Source: an uncultured cyanobacterium
GTDB taxonomy: Bacteria > Cyanobacteriota > Cyanobacteriia > Cyanobacteriales > Cyanobacteriaceae
DNA length: 64,000 bases
Direction: 5' to 3'
NCBI GenBank assembly: GCA_963749915.1
Contig: CAVVOP010000021.1
Span: 192,001 to 256,000, forward strand
This document shows positions 55,766-64,000 of the stretch, in pieces. Position numbers and translations under genes: made by a program. Position 1 is the first letter of the stretch. Each line of letters opens with the position of its first letter. The notes beneath the pieces were generated by a model, which searched no databases, was not told the DNA's origin, and saw nothing but the letters and a program-made list of their open reading frames with translations.

Positions 55766-57220
55766 ATGACTATTAATAACAATTATGACTCTATTTCTTC
55801 GGAAACTACTAGGGAAAAAATGCCTAAAGCAAATATTTTCACGATGTTACGTTTAGGCTTGTTCAATCTCGGTATCGGTTTAATTTCTGTGCTGACTTTA
55901 GCGGTATTAAATCGGGTGATGATTTCTGAGTTAGGTATTCCCGCCACTATTGCGGCTGGGACTCTAGCATTATCCCAGTTAGTAGCACCAACAAGAGTAT
56001 GGTTAGGACAATTATCTGATAGTAAAAAATTATTCGGCTTACATCGTACGGGTTATGTTCTTACGGGGGTGGCAGTTGTCGGAATCTGTATCTTTTTCGC
56101 TGTCCAATTAGTGTGGTTATTAGGGGGGGATATTGTTAATAATAACGGTTGGCAATGGAATCCTCAGACTATTCTATTTAGTATTGGTTTAGCCTTGATT
56201 TTCATGGTACAAGGTATCGCTACAGGTGCAAGTTCAACCCCCTTCACGGCTTTACTCGTGGATATTTCTGACGAAGATAACCGCTCAAAAATCGTGGGAA
56301 CAATTTGGTCAATGTTAATGGTGGGTATCGTTATCGGCGGTATCACAGGAAATGTCTTACTCAAAAATTTGGCTGTGGGGGAAGACAATGTTATCTCCTT
56401 AAATGAACTCAAACCCCCCATCAATCTTATATTTATGGTTGTCCCCCTCACTGTAATAATTTTAACCATTATTGCCACTTGGGGAGTCGAAAAAAAATAT
56501 TCTCGTTATCGTTTGCGTTCATCTTTTGTGGATAAAGAAGATTGTATCAGCTTAAAACGTGCCTTAAAAATCTTGACTTCATCTCGTCAAACAGGAATAT
56601 TTTTCTCTTTTCTGGTAATGATTACCATGAGTTTATTTATACAAGAGGCGATTTTAGAACCCTATGGGGGGGAAGTGTTTAATATGTCTATCGGTGAAAC
56701 TACCATGCTTAACTCTTTTTGGGGTATTGGTATTCTAATCGGTTATATTACAACGGGATTTTTAGTTATCCCCCGTTTAGGTAAAACAAAAACCACCAAA
56801 ATCGGCTGTATTTTAGTCGCTTTATCCTTTAGCTTAATCATCTTCTCTGGTTTAACAACTATGGTTGTGATACTTCAAGGGGCAATGGTTTTATTTGGTG
56901 TTGCCGCCGGAATAACCACCGTTGGCTCAATTAGTTTAATGTTAGATTTAACCGCCGCCGAAACTGCGGGAACTTTTGTGGGTGCATGGGGTTTAGCACA
57001 AGCTCTGTCTAGAGGTGTTGCCATCGCCATGGGAGGGTGGATTCTCGATATAGGAAGACTAATATTTAATAACCCTTGGTTGGCTTATAGTTTCGTATTT
57101 TTCTGGGAGGCACTTTTTATTATTGGTGCCATCGCACTTTTAAATAAAGTCGATGTGGAGGAATTTCAAACTACCACCTATCAAGCCACAGCAATGGTTA
57201 TGGAAAGCGACTTAGATTAA
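55766..57220 (+). CDS. pucC: PucC/BCD-family MFS transporter
   Basis: RLGLFNLG, LNRVMISEL, LEPYGG, AGTFVGAWGLAQA. Confidence 0.85.
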   Translation: MTINNNYDSISSETTREKMPKANIFTMLRLGLFNLGIGLISVLTLAVLNRVMISELGIPATIAAGTLALSQLVAPTRVWLGQLSDSKKLFGLHRTGYVLTGVAVVGICIFFAVQLVWLLGGDIVNNNGWQWNPQTILFSIGLALIFMVQGIATGASSTPFTALLVDISDEDNRSKIVGTIWSMLMVGIVIGGITGNVLLKNLAVGEDNVISLNELKPPINLIFMVVPLTVIILTIIATWGVEKKYSRYRLRSSFVDKEDCISLKRALKILTSSRQTGIFFSFLVMITMSLFIQEAILEPYGGEVFNMSIGETTMLNSFWGIGILIGYITTGFLVIPRLGKTKTTKIGCILVALSFSLIIFSGLTTMVVILQGAMVLFGVAAGITTVGSISLMLDLTAAETAGTFVGAWGLAQALSRGVAIAMGGWILDIGRLIFNNPWLAYSFVFFWEALFIIGAIALLNKVDVEEFQTTTYQATAMVMESDLD

Positions 57221-57380
57221 AGGGCAAAAGCAAAATTAGCATAAGTACAGCAAAATTACAATCAATCCTAATTTAAATGCTAATAAAACTAATTGAACAA
57301 AAAGGAATTTATCAGGTAGAATCAGAACAAAATTGTGACAGAACTTTATATTAAAAGAATTAAACCCGGAGGACAAAACG

Positions 57381-58745
57381 ATAAATACTTTTGCAAAAAA
57401 TCTCATCCCTAAGGACATCATCGTTAATTCGAACCCTCAACCCGCCTTAGAAATCATCGGCAGAAATCCCCTCAAAGGTCAGGTAAAAATTAGCGGTGCA
57501 AAAAACTCTGCTTTAGCTATCATGGCTGGTACATTACTTTGTGCTGAGGATTGTCGTTTAACTAATATGCCCTGCCTTGCAGATATTAACACCATGGGGC
57601 AAGTATTAGCTTCCTTAGGGGTTAAAATCAACAAAAATGGCACAGCATGGGAATTTAATCCCCGTGATTTGAAATCCGTGAAAGCACCCTATGATTTAGT
57701 ATCTCAATTGCGGGCTAGTTTTTTTGTTATTGGTCCGATTTTAACCCGTTTAGGTATAGCACAAGTTCCCCTACCCGGCGGTTGTGCTATCGGTTCTCGT
57801 CCTGTAGAGCTTCATGTCAGAGGGTTGCAGTCCATGGGGGCTAATGTAACTATTGAACATGGTGTGGTTAATGCGTCTGTTAAAGGTAGTAATGGGCGTT
57901 TAAAGGGAGCAAAAATATTCCTTGATTACCCTAGTGTTGGTGCTACAGAAACAATCATGATGGCGGCTACCTTAGCTGAGGGTGAAACTGTGATCGAAAA
58001 TGCCGCTAAAGAGCCTGAAATTGTTGATTTAGCTAACTTCTGTAATAGTATGGGAGCAAAAATTGCGGGAGCCGGTACAGATTCAATTACAATCAAAGGC
58101 GTTGAACGCCTACACAGTAGTGATTATGAGATTATACCCGATCGCATTGAGGCGGGAACTTTTCTGGTAGCCGGTGCTATCACTCATTCAGAAATCCTCG
58201 TCACTTCCGTAAATAATGATCACCTCACTCCCATCATCGCTAAATTAGCGGAAATCGGTTGTCGCATTATCCAGGAAGATAAAAGCACTTTGCGTACTAT
58301 TCCGGGAGAATTAAAGGCGAGTGATATTGAAACTTTACCTCATCCTGGCTTTCCTACGGACATGCAAGCACAGTTTATGGCACTATTAACCATCAGTGAA
58401 GGTAACAGTTTAGTTACTGAAACCGTCTTTGAAAATCGCCTACGTCATGTAGCCGAACTCAAACGTATGGGAGCAAATATCAAACTAAAAGGTAATTCTG
58501 CCCTTATAGCAGGCGTGCCGATGCTTTCAGGAGCACCCGTTATGGCAACGGATTTAAGAGCCTCTGCCGCCCTTGTCTTAGCGGGTTTAGCCGCCGATGG
58601 CAAAACTATTGTACAGGGTTTACAACACTTGGATCGAGGTTATGAAAACTTAGAGCAAAAGTTACAAGGATTAGGAGCAACAATTCAACGCCTTCAAAAC
58701 TATAATCCCTCATTGGAGTTTGGAGAAAGGCAAGTTGGCATCTAA
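57381..58745 (+). CDS. murA: UDP-N-acetylglucosamine 1-carboxyvinyltransferase; inferred ATA start
   Basis: ISGAKNSAL lies in frame upstream of ATG 57522; [22 protein letters not shown]. Confidence 0.93.
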   Translation: MNTFAKNLIPKDIIVNSNPQPALEIIGRNPLKGQVKISGAKNSALAIMAGTLLCAEDCRLTNMPCLADINTMGQVLASLGVKINKNGTAWEFNPRDLKSVKAPYDLVSQLRASFFVIGPILTRLGIAQVPLPGGCAIGSRPVELHVRGLQSMGANVTIEHGVVNASVKGSNGRLKGAKIFLDYPSVGATETIMMAATLAEGETVIENAAKEPEIVDLANFCNSMGAKIAGAGTDSITIKGVERLHSSDYEIIPDRIEAGTFLVAGAITHSEILVTSVNNDHLTPIIAKLAEIGCRIIQEDKSTLRTIPGELKASDIETLPHPGFPTDMQAQFMALLTISEGNSLVTETVFENRLRHVAELKRMGANIKLKGNSALIAGVPMLSGAPVMATDLRASAALVLAGLAADGKTIVQGLQHLDRGYENLEQKLQGLGATIQRLQNYNPSLEFGERQVGI

Positions 58746-59225
58746 GTTTTCCATGATCACTAAAGAGGCAATAGTACTTCAGTCAACGGGCAAATGGGGT
58801 GTAATAAACATAATATATCATGCCCCTACAATGAAGAAAATGATTGAATGAGGAGTTACTGAAAATATTTTATGAGACTAGAGAATCGGCAATATTGTCA
58901 GAGTTTCATCCTTACAAGAAACAAAGTTGCTTTTTTGAAAACTACATCCTAAAACCGATAACGTCTCACCTAGATCTTGCACTTATGCTATAAATCTACT
59001 GATTGTTTTAACTCTGTCCATGGGGTTTTTGGTACCCGGTCAAGATCTGAAACATCAGGGAAAAAACTTTTGATTAAGACAAGAAGAAAGAAGAAACAGG
59101 GAACAATAGTTACAATAAAATAAAGTATAGACTCAGAAATATCTAAATTTATTTACTTAACTATTCAAACTTGATGATGATTATGGTAACAACATTGATG
59201 AAAATTTAATTATATAGTAAAAAAT

Positions 59226-59765
59226 ATGGCTGATAATCAAAACTATCCAGAATTTATTAATGACTCTCAAGTTGACCTCGATGTAGAACAAGAAATCGAA
59301 GAAGTCGAAGCCCCTGAAGGCGAGTTACATCTTCGTTTTATCTTACCTTCGGGAGATAAATTTGCCCTTCCGGCAGTAGGTATCAGGGAAGTAATGCAAC
59401 AAGAGCCAGAAAGGATTACACCTATTCCTAATGCCTCACCGTTACTATTAGGTACAATTAATCTTCGGGGGGAAATTATTTGGGTGGCTGACTTAGGACA
59501 GTTTTTGGGTTATCCTAATATGTTAAATACCGACAGGAGTGAAATTCCTGTTATTGCCATTGAAGAACAAGAAACCATTTTAGGTTTAGCAGTGGATAAA
59601 TTGGGGGCAATGCAGTGGTTAGACTTGGAAACCTTACAAATACCTCAAAATGCACCAGATCACATCGCACCTTATATTCAAGGGGAATGGTTAGATGAAC
59701 AGAGTAATTATGTTCGACTTTTAGACCAAATTGCTATTCTTCGCTCTGCTCGTTGGGTAGCATGA
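59226..59765 (+). CDS. cheW: CheW-like protein (PilI-type)
   Basis: ITPIPN, LGTINLRGEIIWVADL, GLAVD. Confidence 0.9.
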   Translation: MADNQNYPEFINDSQVDLDVEQEIEEVEAPEGELHLRFILPSGDKFALPAVGIREVMQQEPERITPIPNASPLLLGTINLRGEIIWVADLGQFLGYPNMLNTDRSEIPVIAIEEQETILGLAVDKLGAMQWLDLETLQIPQNAPDHIAPYIQGEWLDEQSNYVRLLDQIAILRSARWVA

Positions 59766-59826
59766 AACATAGTATATCAGTCACCAAGATTAAATAACGA
59801 ATTTAGCAATTGACGGAGAAGGCACA

Positions 59827-62547
59827 ATGGTATCAGAAACTGATTATCAACAAAGATATGGAAAAGCTCAAACAGCTTACATTGAGGGTGATTTACAGGA
59901 AGCTAATTATATTACAGATTCCCTGATCCATGATTATCCTGATGATCCCAGTATTTTATTACTCAAGGGTCATCTTTACTTACGGGAACAAAAATATGAG
60001 CTTGCTCAAGGTACCTATAAGCATGTATTAAATTTAACCGAACATCAGGATTTAGTTAGTTTGGCCCACCAGGGATTAGCACAAATAGAAGAAGAGCAAC
60101 AATCAGAGGACTTAGACTCTTATGCCGATGTATTACAAATACCCGAGTTTGAGGGTGATATTGAGGAAATTGAGGACGATGAACCCGATGATGGTTGGAC
60201 AAATAGTATTCAATTTAATAGTATTGATTGGGATGCTCAGGATTTAGAAGAAGAAGAAGTAGAAGATCCTACCTTACAACAAAATCTACCTTTAAATAGG
60301 GATTTTTCCTCTCCTCCCCCCAAATCTAAATCTTCTCCACCAGTGGCAGTAGAAAATTCTATCTTTGATAATTCAAATTCATTTCCCGACATTCCCGACA
60401 ATGAAGAAGAGGATGCCACGGCAGTAAATACAGTCCTTAAATCCTCCCAAAATAGTCAATCTGATTTTGAGCCTTTAGCAGATAATTTATTAGAGATGAA
60501 TCTTAGTGAGTCTGACTTCGACTATAATGATTTGGATGACGGTGATATTAATCCTAGTTACTCACAAGAAACGGGTGTTCCTACTTTTATGGTTTCTTCA
60601 CAAGAGCCTGAGTTGAGTTATTTAGAAGAAATGTTGACGGGAGGCAGTGAGTTATTAGGTGATTTTGATGAGGATTTTGATGATTACAGTTCCGACTTAG
60701 AGCCGTTGACTTCCGCAAAAACATCAACTTCTCTTAAAACTGAATTGAATGATGATAGTGGTCCTTTAGTTTTAGAGGGAGAGAATAATTTATTTTTTGC
60801 ACCGGATGAGTTAGATGATATTCCCGATATTGGGGCGGATGAGCTACCCGTTTCTAGTATCTTTACGAAAGAACAACGGCAAAATAATAGTTTCAATAAA
60901 ATTATCGATAGTAATGATAGTGTTTTTGATGAGGATTTTGACAATGACATTACCGGAAGTTTTAGTTTTGACACTGATCACATAAATCTCGGTATCGCAG
61001 ATGAAGATATTAGCGCATCTTCCCTGACGGATGTGTCTAGTACTCCTATTTCGGTAAACTTAACTCCAGTAGTAGACATCCCTCAAGGTAATCTGGCAAA
61101 ATATTTCGATTTACCTTTATTTACTAAACAATTAGTTCATGGTGGCCTAACAGGTTTAGTTACCTTTTTGGCAGTGTTATTTGTAAGTATGTTCCAAGCG
61201 ACGATTACCCCGACAACGGTAGAAACGAAAAATCCTGGACCTAATGCAGAAGAGGGTATCAAATATCCTTTTGGCAAAAGATTTCTTTTAAGTTTAGTGG
61301 CAGGGATTGCTGGAGGTGGTACAACGGTGGCGATAGGTTATTTAATGACTAATCATATTAAACGTTATACCAATGATCTCCAAAATCAATTCGAGTCTGT
61401 TTATCAGGGTAATTATGAAGTAAAGACAACGATTTATTCTCAAGATGAATTTGGTACTTTAGCCGCCGGGTTTAACCAAATGGCAAAAATGGTCCATACT
61501 ACCACCACTGAGGCTAGAAAACGGGCAGAAGAAACCGAAAGAGCGAGGGAAGATTTACAACGTCAAGTAATTCGTCTTCTGGACGATGTGGAAGGGGCGG
61601 CAAGAGGAGATTTGACAGTACAAGCAGAGGTGACAGCGGACGTATTAGGGGCCGTGGCTGATGCTTTTAATTTAACCATTACTAACTTACGTAAAATCGT
61701 TAAACAGGTAAAACAAGCGGCGGTACAAGTAAATAAAGCGAGTACAGATAGTGAACTATTTGCCCGTAATCAGTCCAGTGATGCCTTAAGAATGGCGGAG
61801 GAGTTAGCCGTTACCCTGAATTCGGTGCAAATGATGACGGATTCTATTCAAAGGGTAGCAGAAAACGCACGAGAGGCGGAGGAGGTGGCTAGATCTTCTA
61901 GTGTTACAGCTCTTAAAGGTGGGGATGCGGTGGAACGAACTGTAGCTGGAATTTTACAAATTCGAGAAACGGTATCTGAAACTACCCGGAAGGTGAAAAG
62001 ACTGGCGGAAGCATCTCAACAGATTTCGACTATTGTCGCCGTTATCTCTCAAATTTCTTCCCGTACTAACCTTCTAGCTTTAAATGCTTCCATTCAAGCG
62101 GCACGGGCCGGAGAAGCCGGTAGAGGGTTTGCGATCGTTGCGGATGAAGTGCGACAGCTAGCCGATCGTTCTGCTAAATCTTTACAAGAAATTGAACAAA
62201 TTGTATTACAAATCCAAACAGAAACGGGATCGGTAATGACGGCAATGGAAGAAGGCATCCAACAGGTACGAGATGTGACCGAGCGATCGGAACAAGCAAA
62301 ACGATCCCTAGAGGATATTATTCAAGTGTCTAACCGTATTGATGCCCTCGTGCGATCGATTACTGCTGATACTGACGAACAAAGGGAAAATTCCAGAGGG
62401 GTGGCAAAGGTAATGCAGGCCGTAGAATTAACGGCTCAAGCCACTTCCCAGGAATCCCAAAGGGTAGCAGGATCACTTCAAAATCTGGTGGGCATCGCCA
62501 AAGATCTCATTTCTTCTGTAGAACGTTTTAAGGTAGAAGGAAGATGA
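59827..62547 (+). CDS. pilJ: Methyl-accepting chemotaxis protein (PilJ-type: TPR, acidic linker, 2 TM, HAMP, MA)
   Basis: TNLLALNASIQAARAGEAGRGFAIVADEVR; DEFGTLAAGFNQM. Confidence 0.8.
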   Translation: MVSETDYQQRYGKAQTAYIEGDLQEANYITDSLIHDYPDDPSILLLKGHLYLREQKYELAQGTYKHVLNLTEHQDLVSLAHQGLAQIEEEQQSEDLDSYADVLQIPEFEGDIEEIEDDEPDDGWTNSIQFNSIDWDAQDLEEEEVEDPTLQQNLPLNRDFSSPPPKSKSSPPVAVENSIFDNSNSFPDIPDNEEEDATAVNTVLKSSQNSQSDFEPLADNLLEMNLSESDFDYNDLDDGDINPSYSQETGVPTFMVSSQEPELSYLEEMLTGGSELLGDFDEDFDDYSSDLEPLTSAKTSTSLKTELNDDSGPLVLEGENNLFFAPDELDDIPDIGADELPVSSIFTKEQRQNNSFNKIIDSNDSVFDEDFDNDITGSFSFDTDHINLGIADEDISASSLTDVSSTPISVNLTPVVDIPQGNLAKYFDLPLFTKQLVHGGLTGLVTFLAVLFVSMFQATITPTTVETKNPGPNAEEGIKYPFGKRFLLSLVAGIAGGGTTVAIGYLMTNHIKRYTNDLQNQFESVYQGNYEVKTTIYSQDEFGTLAAGFNQMAKMVHTTTTEARKRAEETERAREDLQRQVIRLLDDVEGAARGDLTVQAEVTADVLGAVADAFNLTITNLRKIVKQVKQAAVQVNKASTDSELFARNQSSDALRMAEELAVTLNSVQMMTDSIQRVAENAREAEEVARSSSVTALKGGDAVERTVAGILQIRETVSETTRKVKRLAEASQQISTIVAVISQISSRTNLLALNASIQAARAGEAGRGFAIVADEVRQLADRSAKSLQEIEQIVLQIQTETGSVMTAMEEGIQQVRDVTERSEQAKRSLEDIIQVSNRIDALVRSITADTDEQRENSRGVAKVMQAVELTAQATSQESQRVAGSLQNLVGIAKDLISSVERFKVEGR

Positions 62548-62590
62548 TTTCAGGGTCGGGGTTTTGGGAAATAGTTAGGACTAGTTTTAA

Positions 62591-63373
62591 TTGTTATTGT
62601 TTAATCAAGTGAATAAAATATTAGAACGCTTACTATCAGGTTTATTTTTAACAGGACAAATTCTAGTTCATATCCTACAAACTAAAATCTCCCGTAATAA
62701 TAGTTTAGAGCAAATGGCTTTTGTGGGACCGGCATCCTTACCCATCGCCCTAATTACCGCCGCATCGGTGGGTATGGTGTTTACCATTCAAGTGGCTAGG
62801 GAATTTATCTATTTTGGTGCAACTACCGCAGTGGGAGGGGTCTTAGCCTTAGCTTTAACCCGTGAATTAGCACCAGTTTTAACGGCAGTGGTATTAACAG
62901 GAAGAGTCGGAAGTGCTTTTGCCGCCGAAATTGGTACGATGAAAGTAACGGAACAAATTGATGCTTTATATGTCCTGAAAACAGATCCCATCGATTATTT
63001 AGTGACTCCAAGAGTTATTGCCTGTTCTTTGATGTTACCTGTGTTAAGCATTCTCTCCTTACTGGTAGGCATGACCGCAGGGTTAATTATTGCTGATGTT
63101 ATTTATGATATTTCTAGCATTATTTTTCTTGATTCTGTGCGAAATTTCCTCAAAACATGGGATATAGTCGTTTGTTTAATTAAATCTATGGTTTTTGGAG
63201 CTATAATCGCTATTATTGGCTGTAATTGGGGTTTAACAACCACTGGGGGAGCTAAGGGTGTAGGACGATCGACTACTGAAGCTGTGGTCATTTCTCTGAT
63301 TGCAATTTTTGTTACCAATTTTTTTCTGTCGTGGTTAATGTTTCAGGGTACCGGCAGTGCAGTAATTGAATAA
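62591..63373 (+). CDS. mlaE: MlaE/TGD1-family lipid ABC permease
   Basis: RELAPVLTA, GSAFAAEIGTMKVTEQIDAL, GGAKGVG. Confidence 0.9.
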   Translation: MLLFNQVNKILERLLSGLFLTGQILVHILQTKISRNNSLEQMAFVGPASLPIALITAASVGMVFTIQVAREFIYFGATTAVGGVLALALTRELAPVLTAVVLTGRVGSAFAAEIGTMKVTEQIDALYVLKTDPIDYLVTPRVIACSLMLPVLSILSLLVGMTAGLIIADVIYDISSIIFLDSVRNFLKTWDIVVCLIKSMVFGAIIAIIGCNWGLTTTGGAKGVGRSTTEAVVISLIAIFVTNFFLSWLMFQGTGSAVIE

Positions 63374-63410
63374 TTTGATAGTTGACATTTAATACGAAGG
63401 GGGTTCTAAC

Positions 63411-63620
63411 ATGACTCAAACAATAGAAGTAAACTTAATTGACGTACTGAATAGGTTAGAGACTAAAATAGATAGCCTTGATCACAAAATTGAAAAACTA
63501 TCAGATGACGTTAACGAGGTTAAAGTTGACGTAGCCACATTAAAAGAAGGGCAAAACGGCATTAGTAAAAGATTAGATAGCATGGAAAATGTAGTCAGGA
63601 TTTTAGTCCTTGTCTTCTGA
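63411..63620 (+). CDS. Small coiled-coil protein, possibly truncated
   Basis: Heptad pattern with a short hydrophobic tail; GGGGG SD-like motif. Confidence 0.55.
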   Translation: MTQTIEVNLIDVLNRLETKIDSLDHKIEKLSDDVNEVKVDVATLKEGQNGISKRLDSMENVVRILVLVF

Positions 63621-63627
63621 ATCAAAT

Positions 63628-63665
63628 TTTGACAGTTGACAGTTGATAGTTGATAGTTGATAGTT
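63628..63665. repeat. STRR-type heptamer tandem repeat (TTGAYAG)
   Basis: Five tandem units. Confidence 0.75.
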
Positions 63666-63719
63666 AGTTAATAAGGGACTTAAACTCACAGCAAATATAC
63701 AACTTATACTAGATAATTT

Positions 63720-64000
63720 ATGCGTATTCTAATGATGGGAGGAACTCGTTTTATTGGCCTTTCCCTCACTAAAATTCTCGTTTCTCAAGGTCATGAAGTA
63801 GTTTTGTTTAATCGTGGCAATAAACCTGCGGCCGTTGAAGGAGTCACACAAATACATGGCGATCGCAAAGATACAGCTCAATTACAAGAAAAATTAAAAG
63901 GACAAAAATTTGATGCTATTTTCGACAATAACGGGCGAGAATTAAGTGATACTCAACCTTTAGTGGAATTGTTCAAAGATAACATGTCGCACTTTATCTA
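63720..64000 (+). CDS. NAD-dependent epimerase/dehydratase (CSP41-like); runs off the window end
   Basis: My translation: MRILMMGGTRFIG...LFNRG...GDRKD...FDAIFDNNGRE. Confidence 0.88.
   Translation, partial: MRILMMGGTRFIGLSLTKILVSQGHEVVLFNRGNKPAAVEGVTQIHGDRKDTAQLQEKLKGQKFDAIFDNNGRELSDTQPLVELFKDNMSHFI

Noticed and set aside
1..64000. Integron integrase, CRISPR array, cas genes, tRNA or rRNA
   Set aside because: No tyrosine recombinase ORF, regularly spaced repeat-spacer array or recognisable structural RNA gene was seen

Overview
AT-rich chromosomal window from a cyanobacterium (frequent HIP1 GCGATCGC octamers, cpcBA, apcD, apcF, flavodiiron gene). A unicellular Chroococcales such as Geminocystis or Cyanobacterium is my inference. 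From about 1-26 kb the window is accessory. It holds two giant secreted multi-domain phosphate-scavenging proteins (2175 and ~2770 aa) with Pho-box-like promoters and near-identical C-termini. These are flanked by IS debris (IS982, IS4, IS1634, ISAs1 ends, a DDE element) and two solitary integron attC sites, with no integrase in the window. One attC closes an apparently complete 914-bp GC-rich gene cassette; the other has a ~200-bp MITE at its crossover point. From about 26-64 kb the genes are mostly housekeeping: amidase, hpf, moaD, ArsA/GET3, minor pilins, flv3, cpcBA, cobQ, apcF, HtrA, apcD, sufE, pucC, murA, cheW/MCP and mlaE. This part also has small mobile repeats (a nested hairpin element inside a MITE, HIP1-bounded inserts), a candidate ~390-nt ncRNA, a predicted secreted cyanophycinase-like protein, and a murA that must start at a non-canonical codon (probably ATA). 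All calls come from reading the sequence; no searches were run.
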